Source of the DNA: a virus
IMG/VR virus record: IMGVR_UViG_3300028998_000054
Span: 1-6,902 of that record
Reading direction: 5' to 3' (one strand)
DNA: 6,902 nucleotides
Positions 6,363-6,902 of this stretch are shown here, piece after piece. The notes beneath the pieces are model-generated. The model was not told the DNA's origin. It searched no databases and worked only from the letters and a program-made list of their open reading frames with translations. Within the stretch, counting starts at the first letter, position 1. Every line of letters begins with the position of its first letter. The position numbers were made by a program, and so were the translations under genes.

Positions 6363-6692
6363 ATGGCAACACAATCTGAACTCATCGACCAAATCAAAGA
6401 CAGGCTTTTTATACTGTCTGACTATGCTTTATCTCAACGCTGGCAAGTAGAGCCGACCCGAATCAGCCAATACCGACGCGACCGTCTGCGACTTCCTATT
6501 CGGTTTATTGAGGACATTGCCGAACAAATCGGCATTGACGCGCTATCACTTATAAAAATGCTTGATACGGCGCGACTTACCAAGCAAAACAAGGACGCCT
6601 CAAAAATCTTATTCTGGCGACCAAACGAAAAAGTCAGACGTTATCCGCCACCATGGGTAGAGCGAAAACACTTTTTCAGACGAAAACGCTAG
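6363..6692 (+). CDS. CI/XRE-type helix-turn-helix regulator, a candidate phage repressor analogous to RstR, with a strongly basic C-terminal tail.
   Basis: 109 aa. Residues about 18-45 (LSDYALSQRWQVEPTRISQYRRDR) fit an HTH helix2-turn-helix3 pattern, followed by further helices (IRFIEDIAEQIGIDALSLIKML). C-terminus RKHFFRRKR. It is divergent from rep and adjacent to the att-like site, like rstR in CTXphi. Confidence 0.5.
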   Translation: MATQSELIDQIKDRLFILSDYALSQRWQVEPTRISQYRRDRLRLPIRFIEDIAEQIGIDALSLIKMLDTARLTKQNKDASKILFWRPNEKVRRYPPPWVERKHFFRRKR

Positions 6693-6719
6693 TTCGCATA
6701 ATTTGTCGTTTCGTCAAAT
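6691..6719 (+). other. dif-like site (candidate XerCD attP). AGTTCGCATAAT matches the XerC arm plus the first central base of Neisseria dif, followed by a degenerate XerD-side arm.
   Basis: AGTTCGCATAA TTTGTC(G) TTTCGTCAAAT compared with Neisseria dif AGTTCGCATAA TGTATA TTATGTTAAAT as recalled from memory. The XerC arm matches 11/11. The central region matches 3/6. The XerD arm matches 8/11 only if the spacer is 7 nt. Confidence 0.5.
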
Positions 6720-6760
6720 TTTCCAAAAACTACAAACTCTTTTTGTCTTCGACGACGTTC

Positions 6761-6802
6761 GCCACGTGGCAGGCGGGCAGGAAATAAAACCCTTTCCTGC
6801 CC
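6761..6802. repeat. Perfect 10-bp palindrome GCCACGTGGC (6761-6770), then a hairpin with a perfect 10-bp stem, GGGCAGGAAA (6775-6784) / TTTCCTGCCC (6793-6802), and an 8-nt loop.
   Basis: Read directly from the sequence. It is non-coding, lies just before the terminal repeat, and is part of the structured intergenic region. Confidence 0.8.
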
Positions 6803-6803
6803 A

Positions 6804-6902
6804 CCTACCACAAGCGTGTTCCTTGAACTTTTGGGAATCAAGGGGGTATTCATAAAGATTGGGAAAAAAGCGCTCCCAATCTTTACAAAACTTCCCCCTT
6901 GA
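6804..6902. repeat. Right copy of the terminal direct repeat. It is identical to 1-99.
   Basis: Perfect 99/99 identity with the window start. Confidence 0.9.

Noticed and set aside
6743-6770. Second dif-like half-site (ACGTTCGCCACGTGG) as an inverted or direct partner of the 6691-6719 site.
   Set aside because: Only GTTCGC is shared and the remainder does not align to dif arms. The segment is better explained as the GCCACGTGGC palindrome.
1-6902. Transposase, IS element or Correia element (CREE) that might mediate integration as in MDA/Nf1 prophages.
   Set aside because: No ORF of transposase size or character is present. No Correia-type terminal inverted repeats (TATAGTGGATTAAC...) were seen, and no exact dRS3 unit (ATTCCC-N8-GGGAAT) was seen. 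Only the rearranged hexamers noted at 29-120 are present.

Overview
The window holds slightly more than one complete genome unit (about 6.8 kb) of a Neisseria filamentous phage (Inoviridae, Nf/MDA-like), either an integrated prophage copy or a replicative form. The first 99 bp (1-99) are identical to the last 99 bp (6804-6902). The sequence therefore wraps a circular or tandemly repeated unit of about 6803 bp. Gene order resembles CTXphi. On the minus strand a single operon runs small ORF, Rep_trans-type rolling-circle initiator, ssDNA-binding protein, pVIII-like major coat, a small membrane protein, a Gly-rich pIII-like adsorption protein, a pVI-like protein and the Zot/pI assembly ATPase. 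It ends at a terminator that contains a Neisseria DNA uptake sequence (AG-DUS dialect). A divergent AT-rich promoter/operator region (5751-5904) drives a plus-strand module. That module is a 62-aa putative DNA-binding protein, a translationally coupled 73-aa membrane protein and a 109-aa CI/XRE-type HTH regulator. No transposase or integrase gene is present. The end of the HTH gene overlaps a sequence that matches, as recalled from memory, the XerC-binding arm of the Neisseria chromosomal dif site. This suggests XerCD-mediated (IMEX-type) integration rather than the Piv/IS110 transposase route known for MDA/Nf1 phages. Other points are a C7-N9-G9 homopolymer hairpin inside the 5' end of rep, tandem 27-nt and 36-nt coding repeats in the pIII gene, and an intergenic region dense in palindromes and hairpins that is a candidate origin or packaging signal. 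All functional calls come from reading the translated ORFs and the DNA. No database search was possible.
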